Position numbers and translations under genes: made by a program. From Narcine bancroftii (Eukaryota), in contig NC_091470.1 in NCBI RefSeq assembly GCF_036971445.1, positions 337,466,001 through 337,530,000 of the forward strand: DNA of 64,000 nt, in the 5' to 3' direction. The notes beneath the pieces were generated by a model. It was not told the DNA's origin and ran no database searches. It saw only the letters and a program-made list of their open reading frames with translations. Below, piece by piece: positions 10,401 through 21,500 of this stretch (its first letter is position 1; every line of letters begins with the position of its first letter).

Positions 10401-12223
10401 GCAAGTCTGTTCTTCAAACCTTCAATGCTCAAAACAAATCAAATTCTCCCCAAATAAGCCAGCCTAACAAAAGAGAATTGCCATTATCAGATTCGGAAGA
10501 TAGATTAACTTTACCAAAGAAAGTTAAAACCATGTCACCAAAGACCTCTGACAGGATTACTGCACCAAACAGTTACCAACAGCCTCAATCAAGTCCAGAA
10601 TCACACTACCAACAACCAGTTAAAACGCCTTTTGAACAGGCAGAGTGTCAAACTGCTCAGTATCATAAATTCGCCAGTCAGCACGGGTTAGATGCAAATG
10701 ACTGTCAAGGGTTGTTAGACAAAGGCCAGCTGGGGACCCCGGAATCTGATGCAGTTCTAATGCGTGGAGACCGACAGCAATGTAAAGAGACAGAAGATGA
10801 TCGCAGGAAAAGGTTATCAGTTCACAAGGAAGAAATAATGCAAGGAAACGTGAAGGCAGCAATGGAGATCTTTGAAAACCTAAAGAAACGAGAAGAATTG
10901 CAGCAAATATTAACAAGAGTTAAAGAATTTGAAGAGGAGACTTTCAAAGTTGATGTCAAAGGTCTGAAGAGTTTATTCGAGAATGTGCCTGAGTGGGTGG
11001 TGTCCAAGAACAATGTGGTTAAGCAACTTAAACCAATTGACAGTCGCAAAGACGAGATGCAGAATCAACCCAGAGTGGTCCAAGGTGAAGTAGAAAGTTT
11101 GTCTTCAGTGGAACTTGTGTTTGAGGATCTTGAAAGGGCAAGTGCGGAGATAATCTATCTGAAAGAGCAGACATTGGCAAAGCTGTTACACATTGAAGAA
11201 TCCATTAAAAAAGCTCTCTACTCTGTTTCGAATCTGAAATCAGAGTCTGATATTGCAGGACTCTCTGGTCTATTTGGAGAGTCACTGGGAGCCTCTTCAA
11301 ACTCTCCGTCTGGCAACATCAAGAAAATCAGTCTGGTCTCCAGCAAATCAAACTTAGAAAAAGCCAAGCAGTTGAAAGAAAGTCAAATTCACAAAGAATG
11401 GACAGAAATGTCAGAGAAGCAAGCTCAGCCATCATTAGAAATTCCATCGCTATCTACTCGTGTGAACTCCCCATCATCTCCTTCCTACATTTCCATCGAG
11501 TCGGCAGTGAGAAAACCTGCAGATCCTTTGAATAAAAATGTGTCTGGTCCACAACTGGAGGTGGAGCACATTTCACCTTCTCCTCAGAATCAAGTTGTCA
11601 TCCCCTGTTCCTCAAAAGTGAAACCCTTTGATGACTCTGAAGATTCAATTGTTTGCAATGGTTGCAAGAATGCCGACAAACCCACAGAGGCAGAAAAACA
11701 ACACTCTGTTCCAAGAAAGGAGTTTGTGCAAAGAGATATGAACAATGAGTTCATTCAAACAAACAGAAAGGAAAGCAATGTTGTTAATGCCAGAGACAAG
11801 AGAACCAACTCACCTTCAGGTTGCATCTCATTAAGTGGATTTAAAAGCAATGTGGCTGACAGAACTCAGAGCCCAATCCCTCAGAGAACCAAAAGTGTAG
11901 TGGAGTTCAAGACAGGACCCGATGGAGGTGAAATAGTTGGTACAAAGACCATCATGGAAAAATACGAAGAAATTGATTGTTTTGGGAACAAAATTATCAC
12001 ATCAAAAACCTCAACCACTGTCACAAAGCAATCTGAGTCAACAACTTCATCAACATATGAAGTAGTTCAAGCACCACCCAGGTATGATGTTGCAACTTCA
12101 CCTCTTCTTAATAGACATCTGCAGAGTCAGGCAGGGCCAGCTGAAGATTCACTGCAGAACAGCAAGGACAATGGAGTAGTGTTTCTTTCTTTTGGAAATT
12201 CCAATTCAGCAAAGAGATCTTAG
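4424..12223 (+). CDS. XIRP1: Xin actin-binding repeat-containing protein 1, giant coding exon (start codon not in this exon)
   Basis: ~2600-codon ORF with ~27 Xin repeats (GDVxxxxWLFETQPLD), an N-terminal LPPPPP, and QQQRQINELKRLYKHMHPELRK and VQSMRWIFDNWPLDTIGDH, which resemble XIRP1 more than XIRP2. It also has a later proline-rich region and a conserved C-terminal block (LYSVSNLKSESDIAGLSGLF). Acceptor-like ttgttttactaaag ends at 4423; stop TAG at 12221-12223. Confidence 0.95.
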   Translation: MAQNLDRSQPSDTSRTPEDVFLPPPPPDLLEASTEPKILTENQPQRIPPPPHQTFVKLQQQRQINELKRLYKHMHPELRKHLQEVVTEDWAEVLDAERTAAALATGSQGNSEAVLQTEVQSMRWIFDNWPLDTIGDHQATKKMTEEEAILSGDVQSTSRKFENQTLNEISSQYSEYSYNSSIRKEQTKGDVRTALWLFETQPMDSLNKIYSKENDLQEAVLKEPVQKGDVRGTKLLFETHPLCDLGRSNSMEESSLLQLRSEVQELKGDVNRTIKLFETEPLCAIRDTVGNIHQIKSICREEIQQSESVQSTRWLFETQPLGSINKNLADVKIIRGISLEETQQSGCVGKKRWLFETQALDALNEQSEDAGSTVNIRVIEGGDVNKKCWLFETQPLDSLKESHPEEVAKEQVTGVNVHSSLWLFETQPMEILKDSFEVGHLKRVMTEEERGDVKNKAHLFESCSLDNINKGHGEASCSTGKTEMQKGDVETYKHLFETLPLDGIKNSDEISTENHVEILAGNVNEIRALFETVPLYAIMDGAGHCHQVKTVSREQVVRGDIKHYRWMFETRRLDQFGEGTQNVELVKGITKEEIQANDMKTTRWLFETQPLDVIHANVNKTEIQTSEKEDILKGDVKKCRWLFETQPMDALYERAEDKQDCEVQQKGAVKSYTWIFETQPMDSINENEERHLKVCSRQMDDIIGADVKTKKHLFETEQCGNIGGELDETQNMRYTSEVDVQSGNVSRVKEIYQSNSLNEIADVEEKRKSFTSTQVDAMQPEAGCVHKFTWLFENCPIGSIKEMPEEVTPMNTITDVKGGDVGGKRFVFETYSLDQIKEETQVKNFTSRKEESVKGDVKSCTMLFETQPLYALRDKEGQYHEVTTAKKEEIMRGDVRGTRWLFETKPLDTIKPLDEVFVIRAVTQEDVQAGDVTAARWKFETQPLDSIRDEAGPGVKMVDEVQGGDVQASKQLFEGQQGSQRYVRMVSVSDVQRGDVRTSTWLFENQPIDSLKGERAESAGVTTVQREDVQKGDVKRCTWLFESQPLDSLKNSDSSIGKETKEEVACTDVKTTTWLFETTPLDTFIHTQGNTESANVKKQSIHTSLEILINCGAIKSRGLIIESSEKGILKMAKYQLTTQNDPHVVKEEVIGGNLQRILMQLLQRKESLHSEGIVLKEDESGRISTRTIQLFSQSKVNINEECVKEDSTCAIYSFLMEVSEIKQGILIQETEKGIVQITIYSLINHPQNGDEKETIKGDVKSTINSLLASTQQQATSTVKRDEKERGNVQLYTTCIESGTLDCLKDNQEDSDDPVVSTQREEIVRGDVEGAIRNLTESRGQIEKSVDDIIPGDVKGTKKYFLTEAQRGQGITQKDGGDISPAYQSLGQAVNVGVKKDTLPGDVKAKPENAKYQTRKLDKEDALCGNTKDTLTVLQEHTFDPKEASLRESAESSFCSFGKSSSSVSDIEAANAKGQDLQAAMQNLREVTAEANNIQQKSSMQEHFRSHAQSTASTQQHHHQSTQRNKTLKKELKKTTQISSQQQSSADSRHQASARVTVTQYQQPKTQQSIHQVSASEGTQGLQAFMASPNESQRCGHFTGIVQESGDKMRAAPDQVQVHGQHLSTNLEKENQAVADQVIVKGDVNSTPKALKDSVTEQESVEKEEVVRGNLQAALQSLGKANMNISKGDFKAAMIYRTAGQSHSCNQRKSGVRTVDNQISQPQSDAEFPSPVPVTRSSAPSIEACGHQPAEGTPSRLNQPSSSTVRKPPPSQFPPLLPPKMQERNISSKPSIAPRPQAIPARHLPTESGKPALPPKPEHLQAIYSVPSPPIPPRNYASLMSKSSPLSPAGCKLCRVKLIRGSLPAETTNLSAYQNMQLERKHEQLSLEEKSTTIASYTKGMKTPLQLAEEKYKQGKEELSQLNAVVINPTPDTSSDQGHQRRTSFSDSPSDTSDSMMRQPEMLAHKMNATEVVQGSMRSYSKESSARTEVGQESKSVLQTFNAQNKSNSPQISQPNKRELPLSDSEDRLTLPKKVKTMSPKTSDRITAPNSYQQPQSSPESHYQQPVKTPFEQAECQTAQYHKFASQHGLDANDCQGLLDKGQLGTPESDAVLMRGDRQQCKETEDDRRKRLSVHKEEIMQGNVKAAMEIFENLKKREELQQILTRVKEFEEETFKVDVKGLKSLFENVPEWVVSKNNVVKQLKPIDSRKDEMQNQPRVVQGEVESLSSVELVFEDLERASAEIIYLKEQTLAKLLHIEESIKKALYSVSNLKSESDIAGLSGLFGESLGASSNSPSGNIKKISLVSSKSNLEKAKQLKESQIHKEWTEMSEKQAQPSLEIPSLSTRVNSPSSPSYISIESAVRKPADPLNKNVSGPQLEVEHISPSPQNQVVIPCSSKVKPFDDSEDSIVCNGCKNADKPTEAEKQHSVPRKEFVQRDMNNEFIQTNRKESNVVNARDKRTNSPSGCISLSGFKSNVADRTQSPIPQRTKSVVEFKTGPDGGEIVGTKTIMEKYEEIDCFGNKIITSKTSTTVTKQSESTTSSTYEVVQAPPRYDVATSPLLNRHLQSQAGPAEDSLQNSKDNGVVFLSFGNSNSAKRS

Positions 12224-13103
12224 CCATGCTGGGATCTTTTAAAGTACAACTATCAACAATCTGTTTAAGAAACATAGATGATGACACTAAAAGAAATGAA
12301 GTTGAACATCAAAAATAAACAAAATGCACAGGAACAGTTTCCATGGAGATAGGACATCGTGTTGAGCTTAGGCCCCTCCCAGAGCTGGCAAAAGCAAAAT
12401 CACTGCTAACAGAGGATCCACATTTAGTGTCAACTTTTCAGAACTGTCAGATTAAAACAAAATAAAAATTGTTATCTCAGCATCTGACTAAGTAATGATC
12501 AAGACCCAGAGGCATGGATATAACACAGAAGATTATGTCTTCAGAGGCACATTTGATACTGTATTGGAATTTGAATCTATGGCATGGAATTTGAACTTTG
12601 ACAAATGGATAAAATGGATTCTGTTGATTTAGACACTCACCACCAATCTTTTTTTCTCTCAATGAGAAAATGGGTTGGGTGGAGATCTGTTGGCCAATTC
12701 AATAACACCTGTTTTATAGCATTAGTAAAAGTTTAAATGACCATGTATATGTTATATAACTAATATTTCCTGTTTTTACGAAGACTTGTAGTGTTGTGTT
12801 CTGAAGTAGATGACAATTTTTCAATCACAGTTCAATTTTTCTACTTAGTTCTTCCTTAAGTTTCTTTTGTACTTTAGTTCCTCCAGGAACCTCAAAAGTC
12901 ATTTCTTGCCTGCAAGTTGTTATTTCCCTTTGCTTTTTTTTATTGCTTCTTGCTTTAATAAACATTTTTAATATTGTTCAGATTTATCTTGTTTTTGCTT
13001 ATTATCTGTTTTATGGTCTTATTATGGGTTCTTTTCAATATCAGGGATCTATAGACAAGAGTAAGAGTTGGCTTGTAAATATGGTTAAACCAATCCTTTA
13101 GAT

Positions 13104-13227
13104 CAGTGGTGCTCAAACTTTTTTTCCCACTCACATACCACCTTAAGAAATCCCTTATTAACCATGGAACACCTATGCCATAATAAGTAGGTAAGGGTGA
13201 GTGGAAAAATAAGGTTGAGAACCACCT
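13104..13227. mobile_element. hAT (Charlie-like) MITE, 124 bp
   Basis: Imperfect TIRs cagtggtgctcaaac / ggttgagaaccac; perfect 8-bp TSD CTTTAGAT at 13096-13103 and 13228-13235. Confidence 0.85.
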
Positions 13228-14688
13228 CTTTAGATAATGAACATCAACCAATGGAGAAAACTGAACAATGCTTGCCTTCTGTGAGTACTATGAGGGTAGT
13301 GGGGGGGGGGGGGGGGAGAAAGAAATCAACAAGGACTCGATCTTCTCATTGCTATCCCGTGACATGTGTCATTGATGATACGCTGGCACCCTCCATCTCT
13401 CCTCTTCATCCAATGTCCAGGCTTTCCTGTGAGGAAGGGTGTATGATTTGAGGGCACTGTGATACAACATTCTCCTGAAATACTATTTGCCATACTTGCA
13501 TGTGGAGCAAATATTTCAATTAGTAAATTGAATTGATTGTTATCATGTGCAAAGAATCAGTGAAAAGCTTTCTTTTGCATACACTCCAGTGCAGTCAACC
13601 CATATTTAAGTGCCACAGATAGTGTAATAATAAAACAAAGTGCAGGACATGGTGTCATAGAAAGTCTAAAAAGTGCAGAATACCGTGCTACTGCACAAAG
13701 AGTAGGATATAGAGGAATTCTCAGTCAAACAATGCATCACTATCTATAAATTAATTTCTGGTAAATTTCAAAAATACCTACAAAGTTTAAAGCTTATGTA
13801 TTTTTAACATATTTGAATTAAACTCCATATGCAGCAGAAGGATGTGAAACTTTCAGGGTCAGGAATCAATGCTCCACATATATTCACTTCTTTGAAATCC
13901 CCAAACACACACAGACTCATTGCAATACTACTTGTTTTGTCCTCTATTTAAAAATAAATAAAGAGCCATATACTCTCAGAATAATGGCAGAGATTTCTAG
14001 CATTTGCAAAATTTTGCATTGGAACCAATAATTTAAAATCCGGCCTTTTATTTGTAATAACATCAAATTACCATTGAAAGTCCATTCATTGGCCTTTATT
14101 ATTTGCCAGTCATTTCAAAAGGCACTTTGTAAAATGTTTCTTGAAAAGAATCCAATTTGCATTCGAGCGATTTAATACATTGTGAAATGATTTTCTTTCC
14201 CTTAAGAGAGAAGTGCCATTAAATGTGGAGGTCTGATTTCTTGCATTTAATTTGGCACTTAGCGCATGAAATTCAATTTAAATGTGTACATTTAAAGCAG
14301 TACTTAACAACAGAATTATATAGATTGACAAAGCATTACAATTCCAATCTCAATACCTGAAGTAATCTTCACCAATTGTATGGTCTGATGCATTTATCCT
14401 ATTCTTTCCAAGTGAAAAACCTGCATTGTGTAATTATGCAAAATTAAATATAACTTTAGTTAAGTTGAAATTACCAGCACATTATATTTCCACATTTACC
14501 AAGCAACACCTATTGCTTTGCCAGTTCTGTATAATTCATATTATGCCAAATTAAAATTATAACTTAATTTCTGTACTTTTTGAAAAATCCTTAATTTTCA
14601 TTTTCTCTAATCTAAACTCATTTCCACAATAAAGACATTACAAATACTCGGGGTAGATTATGTGACTGCTGCAATTTAACAAAATCAT

Positions 14689-14905
14689 GGGGTGGCACTG
14701 TTAGCGCAGCGGTTAGTGCAAAGCTGTTATAGCGCAAGCAACCCAGGCTTGAATCTGCCGCTGTCCGGAAGGAGTTTGTACATTCTCCCAGTATCTGCAT
14801 GGGTTTCCTCTGGGTGCTCCAGTTTCTTCCCACCATAATTGGGTGTACTTGGGCGGCACATGCTCTTGGGCCAGAAGGGCCTATTTCTGTGATGTATATC
14901 TAAAT
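14689..14905 (+). mobile_element. tRNA-derived SINE
   Basis: ggggtggcactgttagcgcagcggttag...gtacattctccc...gggcctatttctgt; same family as 1215. Confidence 0.8.
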
Positions 14906-15089
14906 TTATATCTCAACAGTCAACACTTGATAGAAAGTGTTCTAGCCCAATTGCCATTCGTCACGTTCCCTGAATTCCAAAAATCTATTGATCTCTTAAA
15001 TAAACAATAACCCTTCTGAAATTGAATTTAAAACCAAAATCACAACCCTGCTCATGTGGAAAGTATACTTACGGTTGGATCAAAGACTA

Positions 15090-15610
15090 ATTTGGTAATT
15101 TGAGTGTCCTGGACACAGAAAGCTGCAGAAAGTAGCAAACCTAACCATGTCCATCACATGCTCTGGTCTTCCATCCACTGAACTCATCTCTGTGAACCAC
15201 TGCCGATAGAAGGCAGCCAACGTCATAAAGGTCCCCTAACAACTTGGTACCTGGTCACAACTTTTTCTCACTGCTACCTTCGAGAATAAGGTACAGAAAC
15301 CTGAAGCTCAGCAGCTTTTGGTTCAAGCATAATCTTTTTTTTTCCCCCTCAACAGCTATCAAGCTCTTAAACCTCCTCTTTAGACCTTAAGCATAAACTA
15401 CTCAGGGACCACTGTTTGAAATATTTCATTTAATGAATTTCTTTCTCTCACTAACTGTTATCTATGAATATTTATTATCTATCCTTTCTATTAAATTTTA
15501 TTTCCATACTGTACTATTTTAGCTGATTTTATTTAAACAAAATTTACCTGTTTGGCTGCAAGAATTTTGGTGCATATATAAGTTGTACTTATATGTACGA
15601 CAATAAATTC
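15090..15610 (+). mobile_element. Degenerate Rex1/Babar LINE 3' fragment
   Basis: aagctgcagaaagtag...aaggcagccaacgtcataaagg...ttctcactgctaccttc resembles the reverse complement of the Rex1 copy at 27550-28230; ends near caataaa. Confidence 0.55.
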
Positions 15611-16075
15611 ATTGCCATTAAACTAATTCCTTACTAATCTTAAATATCTGATTCCTATTCTAAGATTATGCCCTCCATTCAAAGACTACTTAGCCAAAGT
15701 AAATTCTTTCAGCATCCATTCTGTCAAACCTCTTTGGGATCTTAAATTCTTCAGTGGGATCAGTTTATTTTGTTTAAACTGAATAATTGCAGGTCTATTC
15801 TTGTCAACCTTTCCTTATAACTCAGTATATAATAGTACACCGCAGGCAATGTCTCACAGCCCTGTTTATTTGGAGAAAAGATAAACATACATAGCCAACA
15901 TTTCGGGATTGGGCCGTTCATCAAGATAGGAGTAAAATGTAGGGGCAGGGGGAGCACAGTCCCAGAGGCAGGAGGTAATAGGTGGATACAGGAGGGAGAG
16001 CACAACAGTAAACATCAGGGGAGGGGGATATCTTTAATACACTAGTTTTCAGCTAGATCCTATCTTGGTCAAATT

Positions 16076-16275
16076 TAAATTTGAAATTTAGACTTACAGC
16101 CCGGTAACAGACTATCAAGCCCCAGTAGGTTTTGAAAGGTGGAGTGAAACTGTAGCCCCTGTGGAAACCCCACACAGACACGGGGAGAACATACAAACTC
16201 CTTACAGACAGCGTCCAATTTGAACACCTGTTCCGATTGCTGGCACTCTAAGAGCCTTGCACTAACTCCACCCAT
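16076..16275 (-). mobile_element. tRNA-derived SINE
   Basis: Reverse complement of the SINE core (ggggagaacatacaaactccttacagacagc). Confidence 0.8.
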
Positions 16276-17475
16276 CAAGTAGAAAAGATTTGAAACTTCT
16301 TCCTCTGAATCAGGCATCAGCTCTGAATTTATACTCAGTCCAATGAGCATAATGTGCATATATTGAAATTTTTGATTCTACCCAACACCCCTCAGCATGG
16401 AGGAGGACTTAACTCCTCTCTTATTCTGTGGGATTTGATGGGGCACGTAGGTGAATGGTTTGTAAGGTGGAGCATTCCTTTTGCCAAGGTTCAGTCTATT
16501 TCTGCTATGCTGGCTCAAGGCCAAATAGATTATCGTTCAGTAATTCCAGGGAGTTGTTGGAATGTTGCACTGTTTTGCTTTAGAAACCTCCTATCTTATC
16601 AACCAACCTAAAAGGGTAGCAAGGTATTTTTGAGAAATTGCCAGAAATATAACAATTAGAGTGAGCTTCAGATCACCCAAATCTTTTTCTTCCAAACAGT
16701 ATCAGCATCTACCAACATTCAAATGGGTGAATCTTAAGGACTGATCCATTTGTTTACCAAAATACATCTGTAGATTAATTGTGAGTTCATCCCTCTTCAA
16801 ACCAAATGTCTTTGATTATATAGGTATGGATAAATTGGCATGAACTCATCTAATCTCATTTTGCTATACAAGGAAGAGTTTGAATGTCTGCCATAGATCA
16901 CTTAGCTTCTTATATGGAAACTATCCCCTACCTCCACCCCTTTAGCCCGATGTAGTCTTACCTCGTGAAATTGTCAATTCTAATGGCTAAAATATTTTCA
17001 TAAATTTGAATATTTTCAGACTTATTTACTAACTTTGTCTTGAAAATGTCAGGGAGATGAAAATACAAGACTCCTACAATAAACTTAATGAATCACCTAG
17101 CATCGTACCAAGTTGCCAATACTAAATTTTGATCTGCATTGAGCAAGTTAGCCAAACTCAGCCATGTTAGGGGTAAGAACACCTCTAGCCATTCAATAAT
17201 CCTGTTCCTGATTACTAGACAGTGATCATTCTGGGAACCTATATACTTCAGTTGAAAATGGTCAAGTTTAAGCATGTTTATATCTAAGATTCCAATGGAG
17301 CCACTTAGTTTGATTATAACAATTGTTCTGGCTCAAGATGTAAATTTACAACCAATGGGGCTGCAATAGGTACAAAATCCTCCAAGCAGAGAGAAGTAAA
17401 TTGGATGAAAAGAACTTCTTAACATATAGTTATGGTACGGGAAATTATAGCTTTATATAGCAATGTGATTCCCAG

Positions 17476-17625
17476 TCCTTTGGCAAACTGAAACTACAAT
17501 TCTGCATGAGTCGGGAATGCTCTGCAGCATGTCAAGACCTAGTTTATCACTAAGAACACCTAGCAACAGACGGACTTGTCTTCTACACTTCCTGCTTCTG
17601 TTGCAAGCATTGTGGACTCGTTAAG
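17476..17625 (+). pseudogene. Degenerate LIM-domain exon 1 (XIRP2/LIMA1/LIMD2-type), remnant of the XIRP1 locus
   Basis: cccag|TCC...TTAAG|gtgagt. Translates [46 protein letters not shown], which aligns with [33 protein letters not shown]. In-frame TAA at 17551. Confidence 0.85.
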
Positions 17626-18476
17626 GTGAGTGCTTTTTTTTTTAACCATTCACCTGCAATGTATTGTAATCATTTAATTTCAAACCAGTCCAATAAAAAT
17701 TAGTTTAATTGTCTTGATCTTAAAATAAATAATTTAAATGTCCTCTATCTCTAAGTTTGTAAGATCGTGATTAACATTTGATTATATACCAAATATTTCT
17801 TACACATTCAATGGTATCCTGTGAGAGGACTTAAAAGTATCACCAATCTAACAATGAAACTTGTAAAACAAAAATATTGTCTGTTGGTTGATGGAACACA
17901 GATAATAAACCAAATGGAGACTGCTTGTATGTTGTAGCGGAGAAGCACTGGCCTTTAGGTGTAATGGAAAAGACAGCAGTTCAACTTTATTACTTCTGTG
18001 CCCTTGAGAGAGACACGAGAGATTGGAATTTCTTTCAATATTTAAATCGAAGTTGGATAGTTTATCAGTGGAAACAGGTGTAAAAGAAAAAAGGCAATGA
18101 AGTCCTTTTTCAATTTTCTGCACTAAAAACAACATACCTTGACTAAAAAGGACACCAGTTATCTCTTCCTCATCTACTGCGTGTGTGGTGTCAATAACAA
18201 GGATCTTGTAACTGCTGTTGTCTGCATTAACTATCTGGACAATGCCTGATGTCTCTCTTACACATCTCAAGTTCAATTATTTTTGATATTCCAGATCTGA
18301 TTTTAACCCATACTGCTTAGTTGGTAGAATAAGATTTGAAGGATAAAATTAGATTGTGTGTTAATTGGGCTTCAACTCTGAATTACATCCTTAAAGCCAG
18401 GTAGAACCATTGGATCCAACTCCAAAAAGCATCATACCTTCTTGCTACGATGCAAGTATTTGTTTTTCTTTTACAG

Positions 18477-18592
18477 CCTCCTTAACTTTGCGGCCATGCA
18501 AACTAAATTTTCTTGCAGGGCTCACGATGACAGGCAGTGCAATATGTAAGGCTATTACTGTGAAGACTGACTTCATCTCTGTGAAGTTATGG
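18477..18592 (+). pseudogene. Degenerate LIM-domain exon 2, truncated by a CR1 insertion
   Basis: Strong acceptor tgtttttcttttacag|C. Translates (S)LLNFAAMQTKFSCRAHDDRQCNM*GYYCED*...KLW, aligning with [32 protein letters not shown]...HKELW. Stops at 18547 and 18568. Confidence 0.8.
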
Positions 18593-21500
18593 TACATGTA
18601 GGTATCAACCACATAGGGAGGAAGAGAGAAGAGGTCCTGAAAAGTGAGTACAGGGAGCTAGGTAGAGAGTTAAAAAGAAGGACCTCCAAGGGAGTAATCT
18701 TGGGATTATTGCTTGCGCCTCGTGACAGTAAGAGCAGGACTAGAATGAGATAGAGGATGAATGTGTGGCTGAAGGGGTGGAGCAAAAGGCAGGGATTCAA
18801 GTTTGTGGATCACTGCTGCAGCAACTCTGAGTGAAGCCTCGGGAGGCTGGCTCAGGCTTATATCCTGGAGGGTGATTGACACCCAACCGGGTGGGGTTTG
18901 ATCCAATCAGGCCGACTGATTGACAGCCGGCCAGGTGTTGTCCTGTCCCCTTACACTCCTGCAGGTACAGAGGTTTCCCCCTGCAGTAGGCTGGTGGTGT
19001 ACCACACCACAGTGGGCCATGGTTTGATGATAATAGGCAAACCATTTAGGACCGAGATGAAGAGGAATTTCTTTACCCAGAGGGTGGTGAATCTGTGGAA
19101 TTCATTGCCACAGAGGGCAGTAGAGGCAGGTTCATTAAATATATTTAAGAGGGAATTAGATATATTTCTTCAGTATAAGGGTATTAAAGGTTACGGAGAG
19201 AAGGTGGGGACGGGGTACTGAACTTTAAGATCAGCCATGATCTCGTTGAATGGCGGAGCAGGCTCGAAGGGTCGAATTACCTACTCCTGCTCCTATCTTC
19301 TATGTTTATGTACAAAAAGGACGAGTTGCATTTGAACCCCAGGGGGACCAGGATTCTGGCCGGGATGTTTGCTAGGGTAACTCAGGAGACTTTAAACTAG
19401 AATGGCTGGGGGGGTGGGGGGGAGGGAACCTAATGAAGGAGAACAGCAAGGAAAAGGTTAGAGTGCAATCAGAGAAAGCTTGTAGACAGTGTTGGGGGGT
19501 GGAGGAAGGCAGGTGATAGAAAAGGGGGATACTCTATATGAAGATGGACAGAGGTCGATTGCAAAAGATCATAAGAGAGGTGTTGGTAAAGATAGGGGCA
19601 TAAAGGAAGTAAAAAGTGGGAATTCTCTAAAATGCATATATTTTAATGCCAGGAGCATTGTAAGGAAGGTGGATGAGCTGAAGGTATGGATTGACACTTG
19701 GAAGTATGACGTGGTAGTGATTAGTGAAACATGGTTACAGGAGGGATGTGACTGGCAGCTAAATATTCCTGGATTTAGTTGCTTTAGGTGTGATAGAACT
19801 AGGGGTGGGGGGGTAAGAGGGGGTGGGGTTGCACTAATTGTTAGAGAAAATATTACAGCGGTGCTTAGGTCTGATAGAATAGAAGGCTCGTCCAAGGAGG
19901 CTAATTGGGTGGAACTGAGGAATGGGAAAGGGGAAGTTACAATTATAGGGGTGTATTATAGACCACCAAATGGGGAACATGAATTAGAGGAACAAATTAG
20001 TAGGGAGATAGCAAATATTTGTAATAAGCACAGGCTAGTGATTGTGGAGCATTTTAATTTCCGAATATTGATTAGGAAACCCATTCCGTGAAAGGGCTGG
20101 ATGGGTTGGAGTTTGTAAAATATGTGCAGGATAGCTTTTTACATCAATAAGTGGAGGTACCAACTAGAGAGGGAGCTGTGTTGGATTTACTGTTGGGGAA
20201 TGAGATGGATCAGGTGACGGAAGTATGTGTGGGGGAGCACTTTGGGTCCAGTGATCATGGTGCCATTAGCTTCAGGGTAATTATGGAAAAGGATAGTCTG
20301 GGACAAGAGTTGAAGTTTTTGAGTGAGGAAAATCTAGGTTTGAGGAGATGCGAAAGGATTTACAGGGGGTGGATTGGGACAATTTGTTTTCTGGGAAGGA
20401 TGTAATAGAGAAATGGAGGTCTTTTAAAGGAGAGGTTTTAAGAGTACAATATCTTAATATACCTGTGAGGTTGAAAGGTAAGGTCAAAAGTTTGAGAGAT
20501 CCGTGGTTCTCAAGGGATATTGGAAATTTGGTTTGAAAAAAGAGGGAGTACTGCAATAAATATAAGAAACAGGGAAAAAAAGAAATGTTTGGTACTATAT
20601 TGAATGTAAAAAAAATCTTAAGAAAGAAATTAGAAAAGCTAAAAGAAGGTATGAGGTGGCTATAGCAAGCAGGGTGAAAATAAATCCAAAGGGTTTCTAC
20701 AAATATGCAAATAGCAAAAGGAAAGTGAGAGATAAAATTGGTCTAATAGTGAATCAGAAAGGACAAATGTGTGTGGAGCCAAAAGAGATGGGAGAGGTCT
20801 TGAACAATTTCTTTTCCTCAGTATTTACTGAGGAGAAGGATATTGAACTGTGCAGGGTAAAGGAAGCAAAGGGGGTAAATATGGAGACTATAGTGATTAA
20901 GACAGAGGTAGTACTGGAGCTTTTAAAACATATAAAGGTGGATAAGTCTTCAGTCCTGACAGGATTTTTCCCAGGACCTCGAGAGAAGTTAGTGTGGAAA
21001 TAGCAGAGGTTCTGACAGTGATTTTTCAAATGTCATTAGAGACGGGTATAGTGCCGGAGGATTGGCATGTTGCACATGTGGTTCCTTTGTTTAAAAAGGG
21101 TTAGAGGAGCAAGCCTAGCAATTATCAGCCTGTAAGTTTGACGTCTTTGGTAGGTAAAATGATGGAAAGCATTCTTAGAGATAGTATATATAAGTATTTG
21201 GAGGGACAGGGTCTGATCAGGGACACTCAACACGGATTTGTGTGTGGAAGGTCGTGTTTGACCAATCTTGTTGAATATTTTGAATGGGTGACTAGGAATC
21301 TTGATGAGGGAAGAGCAGTGGATGTTGTTTATATGGACCAGTAAGGCCTTCGATAAGGTTCTGCTTGGGAGGTTAGTTAGGAAGGCTAAGTCCTTGGGTA
21401 TTAATTTGGAGATAGTCAAATGGATTCAACAGTGGCTAGAAGGAAGGTGCCAGAGAGTAGTAGTAGATAATTGTTTGTCAGGATGGAGGCCGGTGACAAG

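Noticed and set aside
4344-11049. Many antisense ORFs within XIRP1
   Set aside because: Shadow ORFs of a long, repetitive coding exon.
14689-14770. tRNA genes
   Set aside because: The A/B boxes belong to SINE heads; no cloverleaf is evident and each is followed by the SINE core.
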